Virus record (IMG/VR): IMGVR_UViG_3300012964_000006
Span: 1-54,070 of that record
Source: a virus
Reading direction: 5' to 3' (one strand)
DNA: 54,070 bases
Shown here one piece after another: positions 15,533-25,588 of the stretch (positions are counted from its first letter, which is position 1; every line of letters starts with the position of its first letter). A program made the position numbers and the translations under genes. The notes under the pieces are model-generated. The model did no database searches, had not been told where the DNA came from, and saw only the letters and a list, made by a program, of their open reading frames with translations.

Positions 15533-17761
15533 TTATCGCCCCATTGATGCCCGCAACATCGCTATATCCCGCGTAGGCCCGGCGCTGGGCATATTGTAGG
15601 TGACGTTCCAGGTGTTATTTTCGACCTGGCTGCGCGGCGTAACATCTACCCGTTCCCCCGGCGACAGGTTGACGGTGTAGGGCCGGTCACCCATTCCCCT
15701 GCCTGGCACAATAAACGATCCGCCCTCGGCGTACCCGTAGGCGCTGGCCTGCCCGGCATACCTGGCCCCCTCTGCCGCCTGGGCCGCGCTCAATCCGTTG
15801 GCCCGCATCCGGTCGAAAGCGTTGGCCGCATCCTGGGCCGCGTTGGCCGCTCGCTGGGAATTGGTTATAAGGGTGTTGGTCATCTTGGTATTTTCCGCGC
15901 TAATACCCGCAAAGGTGCCGGTGTAAATCTGCTGTAGGGTTTGCTGGTTCGCCGTCGCCGTGGTCGCCACCTCGGCCTGTTGTTTGTTAAATGAGGCCAT
16001 TGTGCCCTGTAAGGCCGTGCCAAATTGGCCATCAATTTTAATAATCCCGGCCGTCACCAGTTCGTAAGCGTCTTTGGCCTTCAGGCCGGAAATCCCGGTG
16101 AGTTTTTCCAGTTCGCCGGTTTGCTCCAGGACAGAAAGGGCCGTTTGTAGTTTAAGCTGTTCAAGGTGTTCTTTTTGGGCGGCTTCTTCTTCGGCTCGTG
16201 CCGCGTCAAGTTTGGCCTGTTTTTCCTTAGTGGTTTTGTCCAGGATGGCTAATTCTTCGCCCGCCTCTTTTTCCAGGGTTCCTATTTTTTCCTTGCGCTT
16301 ACGTTCCACCTGGTCAAGTTCGTATTGCAAATCGGCCGCCTGCCCCACCTTGGCATTACGGATTAATTCTTGCCGGCGTTCCTCGGATTGTTTGTTGACT
16401 TCGGCTATTTTCTCTGCCGTGGTTTTTTCGATGTCCGTTTTGGTTTCGGCCTGGTCCCTGATAAGTTCACTGGATTTGTCCAGATATTCGCCCTGGGCTT
16501 CAAGCGCGTCTTTCTGCATATCGGCCAGGTCGTTAAAATAGGCGGCTTCAACGTCCATCAATGCGCGGCGTTGTTTCTCCTGCTCCTGCATTTGCTTAAT
16601 CAATTCTTCGGTTGATTCGGCGTTGCCGGCCTGCGCTGCCGAATTTGTGTCAATCGCCGCGCTCTGTTCCGTGTAGGTATCTGTCGCCGCTTTCGCCGCC
16701 TGTACTACGGCATCCTGGCCAAATACCCATTCGGCCTGTAGGACCAGGAGTTGCCCCTGCTGGGTTAGCCAGCTCTCAAATTGACTTCGGGCCGAATCTG
16801 CGGCGGCGGTAAATAACCCGGTTGCCCCGGTCCCGGCTGTAAGCGCATCGAAGAATGATTGCATCGGGCCGAGGTTGTTGTCCCAGGCAAGCGCCCCCTC
16901 TTCGAGCGCCCGGATCATAGACGTTACCCAATCTATCCCCTCGGCCCCCGGGCCGGTTAACAGGCTACCAAATGCTACCTGAAAATCCGAAACGGCCGCC
17001 GTGTATTTCTCCTGGCTGCCAGCCGCGTCACTAACCACGCCGCCCAATTCCTCAACCTTTTTGCGGCCCTCGATTAGTGCGGCGTTCAAAAACGCTTGCT
17101 TTTTCTCACCCTCGGTTAGTTGTTCCGCGCTCTTGCCCAGGCTTTGGGCATAGATACGGTAGGCTTCCTCAAGCTTGAGGGTGATACCTAAGTTATCCAG
17201 AATCAGGGGAGAGTTACGGCCAAGGGCAGTTGACAGGTCATCCAATGACTTTGTGGCGCTCTGGCCCATCGCATTGCCCAGGGTCACGGCGATTTTAGCC
17301 AGTTCGGCAAAGTCGCCCTTGTCGGAGACGATGCCAAACATCATTGCCTTGTTGGCCGCCGCCATCGCATCCATCTTAGAGATGGTGTAGCCGCTGGCTT
17401 CCTGGATACTCTTGACGATGGCCGAACCGGTCGTGTCAAACTCGCCGGCCATTGCATTAGTCGCCCGGCCTAACCGCTCTGCAGCCGCCGCGCTGGTGAA
17501 CGAGGATTCGACAAACTGGCCCAGTTGGTTGACGACCGCACCCAGGGCCAGGGTTGCGCCCAGTTCTCCGGCGAGGCTTTTCATTTCTGAACTAAACGAC
17601 GTGGCCCCTTTTTGGGCTTTCTTGGCGTTTTCGTCCAGGTTGTCAAAGCCAACGCCGGCCTGCTTTAGGGCGGTTATAAGTTGGCTTGCATCCCCGCTTA
17701 GGGTAATTTTTACCTGTTCAGCCATCTTGATTCCGTGATATAATAAAAGCCGGAGGAACAA
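15533..17761 (-). CDS. Tape measure protein
   Basis: 742 aa, Ala/Gln/Glu-rich coiled coil, downstream of the frameshifted chaperone pair. Confidence 0.85.
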   Translation of the reverse strand: MFLRLLLYHGIKMAEQVKITLSGDASQLITALKQAGVGFDNLDENAKKAQKGATSFSSEMKSLAGELGATLALGAVVNQLGQFVESSFTSAAAAERLGRATNAMAGEFDTTGSAIVKSIQEASGYTISKMDAMAAANKAMMFGIVSDKGDFAELAKIAVTLGNAMGQSATKSLDDLSTALGRNSPLILDNLGITLKLEEAYRIYAQSLGKSAEQLTEGEKKQAFLNAALIEGRKKVEELGGVVSDAAGSQEKYTAAVSDFQVAFGSLLTGPGAEGIDWVTSMIRALEEGALAWDNNLGPMQSFFDALTAGTGATGLFTAAADSARSQFESWLTQQGQLLVLQAEWVFGQDAVVQAAKAATDTYTEQSAAIDTNSAAQAGNAESTEELIKQMQEQEKQRRALMDVEAAYFNDLADMQKDALEAQGEYLDKSSELIRDQAETKTDIEKTTAEKIAEVNKQSEERRQELIRNAKVGQAADLQYELDQVERKRKEKIGTLEKEAGEELAILDKTTKEKQAKLDAARAEEEAAQKEHLEQLKLQTALSVLEQTGELEKLTGISGLKAKDAYELVTAGIIKIDGQFGTALQGTMASFNKQQAEVATTATANQQTLQQIYTGTFAGISAENTKMTNTLITNSQRAANAAQDAANAFDRMRANGLSAAQAAEGARYAGQASAYGYAEGGSFIVPGRGMGDRPYTVNLSPGERVDVTPRSQVENNTWNVTYNMPSAGPTRDIAMLRASMGR

Positions 17762-17945
17762 TGAACACTGAAAAGAAACCCCTACATAATGCTTTCATCG
17801 TCCTGCCGGCTCTATTCCTGATATTCTGCGGTTGCCCGCTGGCCCAATGGTTGACCAATGAGCCAATCTGCGGCATTATTGTTTTTGGCCTTGGCGCCCT
17901 GGTCCTGGTTGCCGGCCTGTTGTCGGGCCAGGTCAAGATGTTCGG

Positions 17946-18209
17946 TTAGCGCCGCCACTCGTCAACCTCTAAACACATTCGCACCAATTCGGGAAAATCC
18001 TCTTGAAATTTAACCGAGTCTTTGGCGTTCGCCCGGGCGCTGTGGGCTTCGTACACGTTCAGGGCGGCGGTCATCGATTGAAACCACGCCGGTTGATCGT
18101 CTATCCCGCCCGGCCTTGGCAGGGCTTTCCATTGTCTGCACAACAACCCTTTTGCCAGGAGCGGCGGCGGCTCTTTAATCGCGCCCTCGGCATAGTCGGC
18201 CGCCGCCAT
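17946..18209 (-). CDS. Tail assembly chaperone, T segment (also expressed as a G-T fusion by -1 frameshift)
   Basis: ATG 18209 overlaps the G stop; it is in the -1 frame relative to G at the slippery site. Confidence 0.7.
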   Translation of the reverse strand: MAAADYAEGAIKEPPPLLAKGLLCRQWKALPRPGGIDDQPAWFQSMTAALNVYEAHSARANAKDSVKFQEDFPELVRMCLEVDEWRR

Positions 18210-18505
18210 TAAGAGTTTTTTGGGATTGCGATGGCCTCCAGGTACGAGCCGTAGACCTCTTGTTTTAGCCAGTTGAAAAAGGCCACGTAGCTTAATGGCA
18301 GGTTCCGAACGTTAGTCAGATCGACCCCCTCGATCTTATCACACAGGGCGATGGTGCTATAGGTATCCTGCGTTCCGGGGCTGGCCCCCTCCGGGGCGGC
18401 TTGCCGGCCGGTATAGGATTTATCTATATGCTCCATTAGCCAGGTGTCGGGGTAACTCACCGTTACGTGTTCAAATCCCTTGACCGGGCATTGTACCGTT
18501 GGCAC
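18209..18505 (-). CDS. Tail assembly chaperone, G segment
   Basis: ORF 18209..18625 trimmed to GTG 18505 just after the tail-tube stop; ends ..AIPKNS with A_AAA_AAC. Confidence 0.6.
   Translation of the reverse strand: MPTVQCPVKGFEHVTVSYPDTWLMEHIDKSYTGRQAAPEGASPGTQDTYSTIALCDKIEGVDLTNVRNLPLSYVAFFNWLKQEVYGSYLEAIAIPKNS
18215..18221 (-). other. -1 programmed ribosomal frameshift slippery heptamer A_AAA_AAC
   Basis: Minus strand CCA AAA AAC TCT TAA; a -1 slip reads ..K K L L M A A A.., which is the frame of 17946..18209. Confidence 0.7.
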
Positions 18506-18507
18506 AT

Positions 18508-18957
18508 TTAGCTCACTGTTCCCCACGCCGGTACGGCTGGCGTGGTCGCTCCGCCGGAGGGTTTCAGCACGGCGGTACTGGTCTGCAATCCCGAAAGCGG
18601 CGGTAAAATGGTGTAGTTGGTACAAACCATTTCCCCCTCAAATTCCGGGTCACCCGTGGTGGGCGTGGTGTTGTTGCCGAGTTGCACGGTCAGGGTAAAT
18701 CCGGTGTTTAGTCCATCAATGCCACTAAATACCGTGTGCGTTCCGGTGCTGGCCGTGGTCGTAAACTTCATCCCCAGCGTAATGGTACTGTCGGCCTGCC
18801 CCGCCATATAGTTATGATCTTGGGTGTAGCCGCTCGATTCCAGCTCGTCATAGGTGAGCGGCAAGCCGTCAATGGTCATTACGTCCGTGGTTATATCTCG
18901 GGGAGTTCCCCCCGAGTCGTCCATTAAAATCTTTACGAATTTTCCAATTCTTGGCAT
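18508..18957 (-). CDS. Tail tube-like protein, paralog 2
   Basis: MPRIGKF..QDHNYMAGQAD shared with 18960..19679. Confidence 0.6.
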   Translation of the reverse strand: MPRIGKFVKILMDDSGGTPRDITTDVMTIDGLPLTYDELESSGYTQDHNYMAGQADSTITLGMKFTTTASTGTHTVFSGIDGLNTGFTLTVQLGNNTTPTTGDPEFEGEMVCTNYTILPPLSGLQTSTAVLKPSGGATTPAVPAWGTVS

Positions 18958-18959
18958 CT

Positions 18960-19679
18960 CTAATACCTCACAAAGTTAATAACAACCGGGAAACTAACGT
19001 CAGTCCCCGTCACATCGATGTAGGCACAAACGTATTGGCGAATCGTCCCGGCGATGGCGATTCTCTGCGCCCCGATAGCCGAACCGTCCAGGGTAAATGT
19101 GCCGATGGTCGTACCGGCACCCGATCCCGTGGCGCTGTCCTCAATCGTCACCGCTACCGTATCGCTGGGACTCAGTCCAAGGATATGCAGATAGGCCGCG
19201 CCGCCGGCCGTAGACTGGGCTCCGTTGTTAATGTAGGCCGTCCTGGTATCGCCGGTGAAGGACGCATCGGCCAATAATTTACCCAACTCGCAGCCTTTCG
19301 CGGTAACCGCGCCGGGCTTGAACGTGGCGTTAAGGGCGATTACTCCACCCAGGGGCGGCGAGGGGGTATAAGTTAATTCCTGCGCGGCGATACTCACGGC
19401 CGGGTCACCCAGGACCGGGGCGACGTTGTTGCCGTAGGCCACGGTACAAATCTTTTCCGTGCCCGTGGCAATCGTGGCCAGGGCAGTATGAGCCGTGGCC
19501 GCAAACCAGCCATCAACAACTAAACTGCCATCGGCCTGCCCGGCAAGGTATACGTGATCCTGTTCGTAGGCGCTGCACTCCTGTTCGGTGTGCGGTTTGG
19601 TCATCGCGGCATTGGTCAGGTAACTGGTCAGCGCGTAACCCCCAACCCAAACCCGCGTGAATTTACCCAATCTTGGCAT
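18960..19679 (-). CDS. Major tail (tube) protein, paralog 1
   Basis: MPRLGKF..QDHVYLAGQAD; position upstream of the chaperones and tape measure. Confidence 0.65.
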   Translation of the reverse strand: MPRLGKFTRVWVGGYALTSYLTNAAMTKPHTEQECSAYEQDHVYLAGQADGSLVVDGWFAATAHTALATIATGTEKICTVAYGNNVAPVLGDPAVSIAAQELTYTPSPPLGGVIALNATFKPGAVTAKGCELGKLLADASFTGDTRTAYINNGAQSTAGGAAYLHILGLSPSDTVAVTIEDSATGSGAGTTIGTFTLDGSAIGAQRIAIAGTIRQYVCAYIDVTGTDVSFPVVINFVRY

Positions 19680-20772
19680 AGGTTATCTCCTGCCGTACCT
19701 GTTTCGCCTGCCCATCGTCACCGCCAATCATTTCGGCCAGGTCAAGCGCGGCTATGGCTTCGGGCAACCGTCCCAGCATCCCAAGCGCCCTGGCCTTGAT
19801 CAGCAGCGGGGCGCTGGCAACGTGGGCCGGGTTGTAGGGGAACATTGTTTTTGGCTTGCCCAGGCTCAGGGCTTTTTCGGCATACATCAAAGCCATTTCC
19901 AGAAAAACCACCGGGTTTTTAACACCCTGCGCTTTCTGTAGCATAGCGTCGGCTAACAGCGTCCAGCCCGGGCTATAATTGCGGGCCAGTAGGGCGGCGG
20001 TTGCATCCTCGGCCGCCTGATGTGGCTTGTTAAGGTGCAGGTTAGCCACCCCCCGCCAAAAATAGACCTGGTGTAATTCGTCGTCGCTGTTCGGCTTGCC
20101 CAGGGCCAGGTATCGCCCTCCAGTACTGACAACCTTTTCCAGATAGCCGGCTACGAGATAATCCTGGCACAACAGGGCCAGGGTCCGCGCATTTGGGCCG
20201 TATGCCCCAAGCCATCGCTCGGCAATGTCTATGTTCTGATGCTGCCGGCCAGATACAACCGACTCGGGCCGCTCCTGGGTAACGGTTAGCTGGTCCGTTT
20301 GTGTTACTCGCGCCCGCTTATCGTCCAGGCTCCAGTACTCGTGGATAGGCGATACCCACTTGCCGCTATCCCGGCGGTAAATACGCGGTTGCAACAGATA
20401 GGTATTTTTGCGCCAGTAGGGCAAGTACACCAGTGATGCTCCTATCTGCTCTGCCCGGTCGACCGCGCCGCGCAGGTGTTCAACCCCGGCCCAAATATCA
20501 TCCGAGTCAACTACTACGGCCCAATCCGTGGCCAAGTGGTCATTGGCCTGCTGTCGGGCCGATGCAAAATCTAACAGGGCGCCGTTATCGTCCAACTCAC
20601 CATCATACGGATACACCGCGCCGTACCCTTTAGCTATCTCCGCCGTGGCGTCCGTGCTGTTGCCACCCAGGACAATAGCAACCTCGTCTATCTTTCCAGC
20701 GAATGGATCAAGCGCCCGCCGCATTGTTTCGGCGGCGTTTCGGGCTATCATTGCCAGGCCGATGGTGGTCAC
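19663..20772 (-). CDS. Family-2-like glycosyltransferase fused to TPR repeats
   Basis: N-terminal IGLAMIARNAAETM..VAIVLGGNSTDAT..VVVDSDD (GT-A fold, DxD); C-terminal TPR-like helices. Confidence 0.55.
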   Translation of the reverse strand: MTTIGLAMIARNAAETMRRALDPFAGKIDEVAIVLGGNSTDATAEIAKGYGAVYPYDGELDDNGALLDFASARQQANDHLATDWAVVVDSDDIWAGVEHLRGAVDRAEQIGASLVYLPYWRKNTYLLQPRIYRRDSGKWVSPIHEYWSLDDKRARVTQTDQLTVTQERPESVVSGRQHQNIDIAERWLGAYGPNARTLALLCQDYLVAGYLEKVVSTGGRYLALGKPNSDDELHQVYFWRGVANLHLNKPHQAAEDATAALLARNYSPGWTLLADAMLQKAQGVKNPVVFLEMALMYAEKALSLGKPKTMFPYNPAHVASAPLLIKARALGMLGRLPEAIAALDLAEMIGGDDGQAKQVRQEITYAKIG

Positions 20773-21260
20773 GTGAACCTCTTAACTGTCACGGCGATTT
20801 CTCCGTAATGACATAATACATTCCCAAATTGACGTGGTTCGAATATTTCAAGCGAGGCCGGCCCCCATAAATAAGCCGATGTATCCACGGTCGTTGTTGC
20901 CACGTCCAGCGCATCAACCATAGCCAGTACCTTGCCGAGCGCCGTTTTTTCACTGGCGGCGCTGTCATCCAACCCGTGATAATAGCGGACTCGATAGCCG
21001 AATGACTGGACATTGCCGGTATTACGTTCGCCGTAACTGGCGCCGTCTCCATCGTCGGTACTCTGCGGCATACGCTCACAGGTGATGGTACTGCCACGGA
21101 TAACCGCTTTGTTGCTAACGGTCGTTTTGAAGAAATTAAGGAAGGTCGTGTAATCCACGGCCCAGCGCAAATAGTCGTGACACGTGCCGGCGTCGGTTAC
21201 GGTTTCAATGGCGGTTTTGATTGCCGCCCGGATCGTGGTTTCAGCGGTTGCCGTGGTCAT
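20769..21260 (-). CDS. Head-tail connector or tail terminator candidate
   Basis: 163-aa ORF, position only. Confidence 0.4.
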   Translation of the reverse strand: MTTATAETTIRAAIKTAIETVTDAGTCHDYLRWAVDYTTFLNFFKTTVSNKAVIRGSTITCERMPQSTDDGDGASYGERNTGNVQSFGYRVRYYHGLDDSAASEKTALGKVLAMVDALDVATTTVDTSAYLWGPASLEIFEPRQFGNVLCHYGEIAVTVKRFT

Positions 21261-21763
21261 TTGGTAATCTCTTTCTCTATCCGCTGCGCCGCCCTGGTCC
21301 CAACGTTGCGCCAGATTCTATCCAGGGTAGGCCGGGCCGCCACCAATCCCTCTTTGAACATAAAAGCGCCTTTCGTCCCAACCCTGGCTATCTTGCGGGC
21401 TATCAAAAACGCCACGCTCCGGCTGTCCTCAGTTATGCCCAACTTACGAATGACCCAGTACTCCAGCGCGTCAACCGGCGGGAAGCTGCCCGGCTTGCGT
21501 CCGTATTCCAGGGGCGCGCCATAGGTGGCGGTCATTGCTAATTCGCCATTGATTGCAACCGGTGTGCCGTAAATCCTTTCGATCAGGCTGCCCTTGGCGT
21601 GACCGTTGAATACCGACGTTCGCCCCGCTACCTGCTCGTGTAGTACGCTCGTACTCTGGTGCATCCCGGTCCGCATCTCATCTAAAACTATCTTTGCCGC
21701 GCCGGGGAAGTTTTTAATCAGCCGGGTTAGTTCGGCGGTATCAATCTTGTAATTCATCCCCAC
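21257..21763 (-). CDS. HK97 gp10-like head-tail joining protein (tentative)
   Basis: Size, position and N-terminal helix pattern. Confidence 0.4.
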   Translation of the reverse strand: MGMNYKIDTAELTRLIKNFPGAAKIVLDEMRTGMHQSTSVLHEQVAGRTSVFNGHAKGSLIERIYGTPVAINGELAMTATYGAPLEYGRKPGSFPPVDALEYWVIRKLGITEDSRSVAFLIARKIARVGTKGAFMFKEGLVAARPTLDRIWRNVGTRAAQRIEKEITK

Positions 21764-22758
21764 CGCCCCCTGGTATTATATTCGTCGTGAAACAACCACC
21801 CGCGCCCGCCCGGGTATCCCGGCTGCGTGTCCCAGTTTATGAACTGCGCCGCCGGTTTATTCGGGCCGGAAAACTTACCAAGTCCAAGATGCTGCTCATA
21901 CAGGCCAATATATTCCGTTGCCCGCCGCCGAAATTCATCGGCCTTCGTGGTGTGGCTGGTGCTGTCGGCGTTGATGGTCGAGTCGCCAATCTGGCTAAAT
22001 TTCGTGGCGATAGCCTGGCAGGCCAGCCCGGCCGCCAGGTAACACACGGCGTAAAAATCCTGGGGGGGAACGTCACAGGCCGAGGGCGACCCGGTAAACG
22101 TGTACGGCAGGCTGTACTTGATCCTCATATACTCGGTCGCGGCCGGCGAGTGATTCGGTAAATAGAGGTAGCGGGTACTCACCCCCGCCGCCGTCACCCA
22201 GTAATTTTCCTCCCAGTCTTTCGGCTCCAGATATTGCGGCTGCTCGTCGCTGGCAATCGTCGCGGCCGGGTATTCGATGCTCAATATCTGGCTAAATCCT
22301 TCCACCCAGGAGGTCAGGGCCGTGGCGATGGCGTAGTAGTTGCCGCCGTCACCGGCAACGTCAATAGTCAGGTCGCCCGGGCTGTCATTGCTGTATCGCT
22401 CCAGGGCGGCCGTGGCGTGATAGGTGAGGTTATCCTGGCTCAGCGTTTCACGGTCTGGAATCCCGGCAACCCAATCATTGCCGTCGTAATGGTAAATTTT
22501 CGCCTCGTCCGTGACCCATACCAGCCAATCGGCGGCCGGTGTTTCATAAGTCCAGGTCGACCCGGTATAGGTGGCTATCTGTTCTTCTTTGCCAGCCCAG
22601 GCACCGGTTGCCACGGCCGCGATAATGTACCTGGCTCCGGTCGCTGGCGTACCCGGTGGGGCGGTTAAATCCCTGTCGACCGCGTCCGATTGCCAGGCCC
22701 GGCCGGGGAACAAATCACGCTCTATTTGTTTGAGGAAGGCGCTTAAAGTAATAGTCAT
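21754..22758 (-). CDS. Structural protein with DUF2793-like N-terminal domain
   Basis: PPGTPATGARYIIAAVATGAWAGKEEQIATYTGSTWTYETP..W pattern. Confidence 0.5.
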   Translation of the reverse strand: MTITLSAFLKQIERDLFPGRAWQSDAVDRDLTAPPGTPATGARYIIAAVATGAWAGKEEQIATYTGSTWTYETPAADWLVWVTDEAKIYHYDGNDWVAGIPDRETLSQDNLTYHATAALERYSNDSPGDLTIDVAGDGGNYYAIATALTSWVEGFSQILSIEYPAATIASDEQPQYLEPKDWEENYWVTAAGVSTRYLYLPNHSPAATEYMRIKYSLPYTFTGSPSACDVPPQDFYAVCYLAAGLACQAIATKFSQIGDSTINADSTSHTTKADEFRRRATEYIGLYEQHLGLGKFSGPNKPAAQFINWDTQPGYPGGRGWLFHDEYNTRGRWG

Positions 22759-22791
22759 AAGCGTAAAAAGAATGACAATTAATCGAACGGT

Positions 22792-23469
22792 TTAGACCGG
22801 CAACACAGACAGCCACGCCGCCGCCGTTGCCTGATAACCAGCCGCGTTAGGATGACAACCATCGTCGGTTAGCGTTGCGCCGTTGTCGCCATTCTCCAGG
22901 AAAATTCGTTCATCCGGTCCAAGAAATGCGAAATCTCCACGGGTAGATAAAATATTAGGTATCCAGGTATCATCCATTGCGTTCATCAGGATTTGGCTTT
23001 CGGGCGTCGTAACCCACCAGGGACGCATTAAGTAAATTTTGGCATTAGGCCATTTGGCGTGTAGGGCGTCCAGAACATAACCGTAATTTGCCTCAAATGC
23101 CGCCTGGGTCGTGCCCTCCGAATCAATATCATTTACGCCCCAGTTTGCCAGTATGTATGTCGGTATATCTGTATATGTATCCAGCGCCCCGGCAATGATG
23201 CTATTTTTGAAATTAAGAACTGTACCGCCGTATAGTGCCCCGCGTGGCACTAACTCGTACCAACTTTGCCCGGTTTCGGTAAATAGCAAATTTAGCAAAA
23301 CCGGTGGGTAGCCGATATAACCGGCGTTAACCGCTACCGTTTTGCTGTCGCCAATTGCAAAAATTAGCGGCCCGGTCGGCAATCTCAGCGTTACTCCGCT
23401 ATCAAAAAAATGCATCCAGAGCAACGTGCTCCCCCCCTGTGCCAAGCGCCCAACAGGCGAAATTTTCAA
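22792..23469 (-). CDS. SGNH/GDSL-family hydrolase
   Basis: FAIGDSKT (block I), GVNDI (block III), DDGCHPN (block V DxxH); alternative start ATG 23415. Confidence 0.7.
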   Translation of the reverse strand: MKISPVGRLAQGGSTLLWMHFFDSGVTLRLPTGPLIFAIGDSKTVAVNAGYIGYPPVLLNLLFTETGQSWYELVPRGALYGGTVLNFKNSIIAGALDTYTDIPTYILANWGVNDIDSEGTTQAAFEANYGYVLDALHAKWPNAKIYLMRPWWVTTPESQILMNAMDDTWIPNILSTRGDFAFLGPDERIFLENGDNGATLTDDGCHPNAAGYQATAAAWLSVLPV

Positions 23470-24655
23470 GGGTGCTGTCCGTATCGAAAAAGATCAAGCC
23501 CATCGGTAACTGGGTCGAACTTGGCACGGTTTGTGTTGCCCCGATTTTTACATAATTGTAAAAGGCGCTTCCGCTTGTGCTATTTATGATTGCCCGGATG
23601 ATCGCCCCGGCAGCGTAGGCTGCTGCTGCATTTACCAATGCCGTCTCTACCCCCGCCGCTCGCCTTACCAGTTGCAGATTCGTGCCGTTATGGATGACAT
23701 ACAAGTAATTATCTGCGTCCTGATAGCGGAGGACTATACCCGCTGAGGTAGTACCTCGCGTCAAAAAGACATCTAGTAATACATCGGCGGTGGTACTCTG
23801 GATTGTCGCTATAGCCCGGTCGTTGCCTACCCCGCCAAGGGCCGTGGCGATGGCTTTATTTGTGCCGATCTGGACTGTTCCGAGTTGGTTTGTCCAGGCC
23901 AGCCCGCCTCCACCATTAGCCTCGGCGTGCCCAGCTCCGTCCGTATTTCCGATTGCTCCATTGGCCCGATTAAACGAGTCTGAGGCTACCGGAGTTTGTA
24001 GCCAGGTTTGCAGGGGGATATTTATTGAATCGATCAGGGCGTCGGTGTTATAATTCGACAAGGCCGGGTACAGGGTTGCCGTGTCGTCCAGGCGGGAAAT
24101 CCATTTCAGAAGCGGATACCCCCCGCTTACCTCCTGGTAGAAAAATGCTCCAAGCGTCCTGAGAACTACCCAAATTCGGTACGGGGTATTAATTGCCCAC
24201 GCTCCGATAGTAGACCCCTGAACGTTTTTATCTTGAGGATAAACGTCTCCCTGGTAGAATGTCATATAACTTCCGTTCAAGTCGGCCCCAGATGCCGCAT
24301 TGTTGGCCTGGAATCCAATTTGAAAGGCTTTTCCTGTCACTAATCCGGTAGCCAACCGGCTAATCCCCACCCCCATTATCCGCCCTGCAACTCTCGGGAC
24401 GGCATCAAGCCATAGACCAGGGTCGCCTCGTTGTGGCGTTGCCTTACCGTAATTATATGCAACGAGTCCCCCGGACAGGGATAATTTATTCTCAGTGTCA
24501 ACAACCTTACGCGTTCCCGGTCCTGGTTCTGATGCCGTGCTATTCACCGCTCCCGCCGAAAGGGCCGTGGTAAATAGATCACGGAGTAGGTAGGTTATTC
24601 CGCCCCCAATCGCCGGCCCCATCCACCAAGCTATGTTTTTTAACGTCAGCTTCAT
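23402..24655 (-). CDS. Fibre or receptor-binding-like protein with C-terminal concanavalin/LamG-like domain (tentative)
   Basis: ORF trimmed to ATG 24655 (ATGA overlap); C-terminal beta-rich IVLRYQDADNYLYVIHNG.. pattern. Confidence 0.5.
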   Translation of the reverse strand: MKLTLKNIAWWMGPAIGGGITYLLRDLFTTALSAGAVNSTASEPGPGTRKVVDTENKLSLSGGLVAYNYGKATPQRGDPGLWLDAVPRVAGRIMGVGISRLATGLVTGKAFQIGFQANNAASGADLNGSYMTFYQGDVYPQDKNVQGSTIGAWAINTPYRIWVVLRTLGAFFYQEVSGGYPLLKWISRLDDTATLYPALSNYNTDALIDSINIPLQTWLQTPVASDSFNRANGAIGNTDGAGHAEANGGGGLAWTNQLGTVQIGTNKAIATALGGVGNDRAIATIQSTTADVLLDVFLTRGTTSAGIVLRYQDADNYLYVIHNGTNLQLVRRAAGVETALVNAAAAYAAGAIIRAIINSTSGSAFYNYVKIGATQTVPSSTQLPMGLIFFDTDSTLENFACWALGTGGEHVALDAFF

Positions 24656-24927
24656 CAGTCCAGCCTCAGCCAGCAGACCTTTTCGCCGTTTACGGACGAA
24701 TCGACCCAAATATCATTGACGTTGTTTAGTTCCATTACAATGGCTTCGCCCGGTTCCAGGGGGAATCCGTTCGTACTGGCCACGTCGCCCGCGTCGTCAT
24801 CGCCAATGTAAATTATGCCGGTGTTCGCCGGCGCAGCCTTGAAGGCGACCAGGTGGGCCTTTTGGGTTGTACCACGTACAGCCGTGCCGGCGGTTGTTAC
24901 CGTTACCTGTCCACTCCTGGCGGTCAT
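24655..24927 (-). CDS. Hypothetical structural protein (90 aa)
   Basis: Coupled ORFs within the structural operon. Confidence 0.55.
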   Translation of the reverse strand: MTARSGQVTVTTAGTAVRGTTQKAHLVAFKAAPANTGIIYIGDDDAGDVASTNGFPLEPGEAIVMELNNVNDIWVDSSVNGEKVCWLRLD

Positions 24928-25148
24928 TACTTATTCCTCCGCCGTGGCTTTTCCTCTACCGGCCCCGGTAACGTCTCGGGTTTCGGCGGCGCCGGCTGGA
25001 GCGGGTTTAATTCCTCAAACGGGATAACGTGTTTTTGCCCGGCGACAAGCACTATTACAATACGATCCAGGTAGAGCTTTTGCGCCAGTATGTCATCCTG
25101 CGTGATCTTTAGTTTTTGACAGGCCAAAGCCAAATAATCAAAATTCAT
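24927..25148 (-). CDS. Hypothetical protein
   Basis: 73-aa ORF with a Pro-rich C-terminus. Confidence 0.5.
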   Translation of the reverse strand: MNFDYLALACQKLKITQDDILAQKLYLDRIVIVLVAGQKHVIPFEELNPLQPAPPKPETLPGPVEEKPRRRNK

Positions 25149-25210
25149 AGTCGTTTCCTTTTTCGGCCGGGGCGGCTGGAGGTTACCGCCCCGGCCAGGC
25201 TAAAGGGAGA

Positions 25211-25576
25211 CTAAGCCGACAGGGCGCCGGTCAAAGCCCAAATTTGGATCATCACCTTGGCGTTGGTATCCGTGTTGTTGTTCACGTCGAACGTCAGTTT
25301 TGAGCCGGCTGCTACGACGACCGGCGCATTGGCCCCGCCCATATGGGTACTTTTCCAGGTTCCGGGCACACTGGCGTCAGCGGCATCAATCGCCGTGATG
25401 ACACCCGAGGCGTCATCGTTGATGTCAACGGTTTGGGTGGCCTGGTCTGCATTGGACGAGACACATACAAAGACGATGGTCAGATCATAGGGTACGGTAA
25501 TCGTATGGCAAGCGTCGCCAATGGCTCCACCTACCTCGCCCTGGGTGATGCTGATTACGGTTACTTTTTCATTCAT
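25211..25576 (-). CDS. Head-decoration-like protein, paralog 2
   Basis: MNEKVTVI..DINDDASGVITAI..PGTWKSTHMGGANAPV; tandem paralog of 25589..25951. Confidence 0.6.
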   Translation of the reverse strand: MNEKVTVISITQGEVGGAIGDACHTITVPYDLTIVFVCVSSNADQATQTVDINDDASGVITAIDAADASVPGTWKSTHMGGANAPVVVAAGSKLTFDVNNNTDTNAKVMIQIWALTGALSA

Positions 25577-25588
25577 CAGGTGCCCCCT

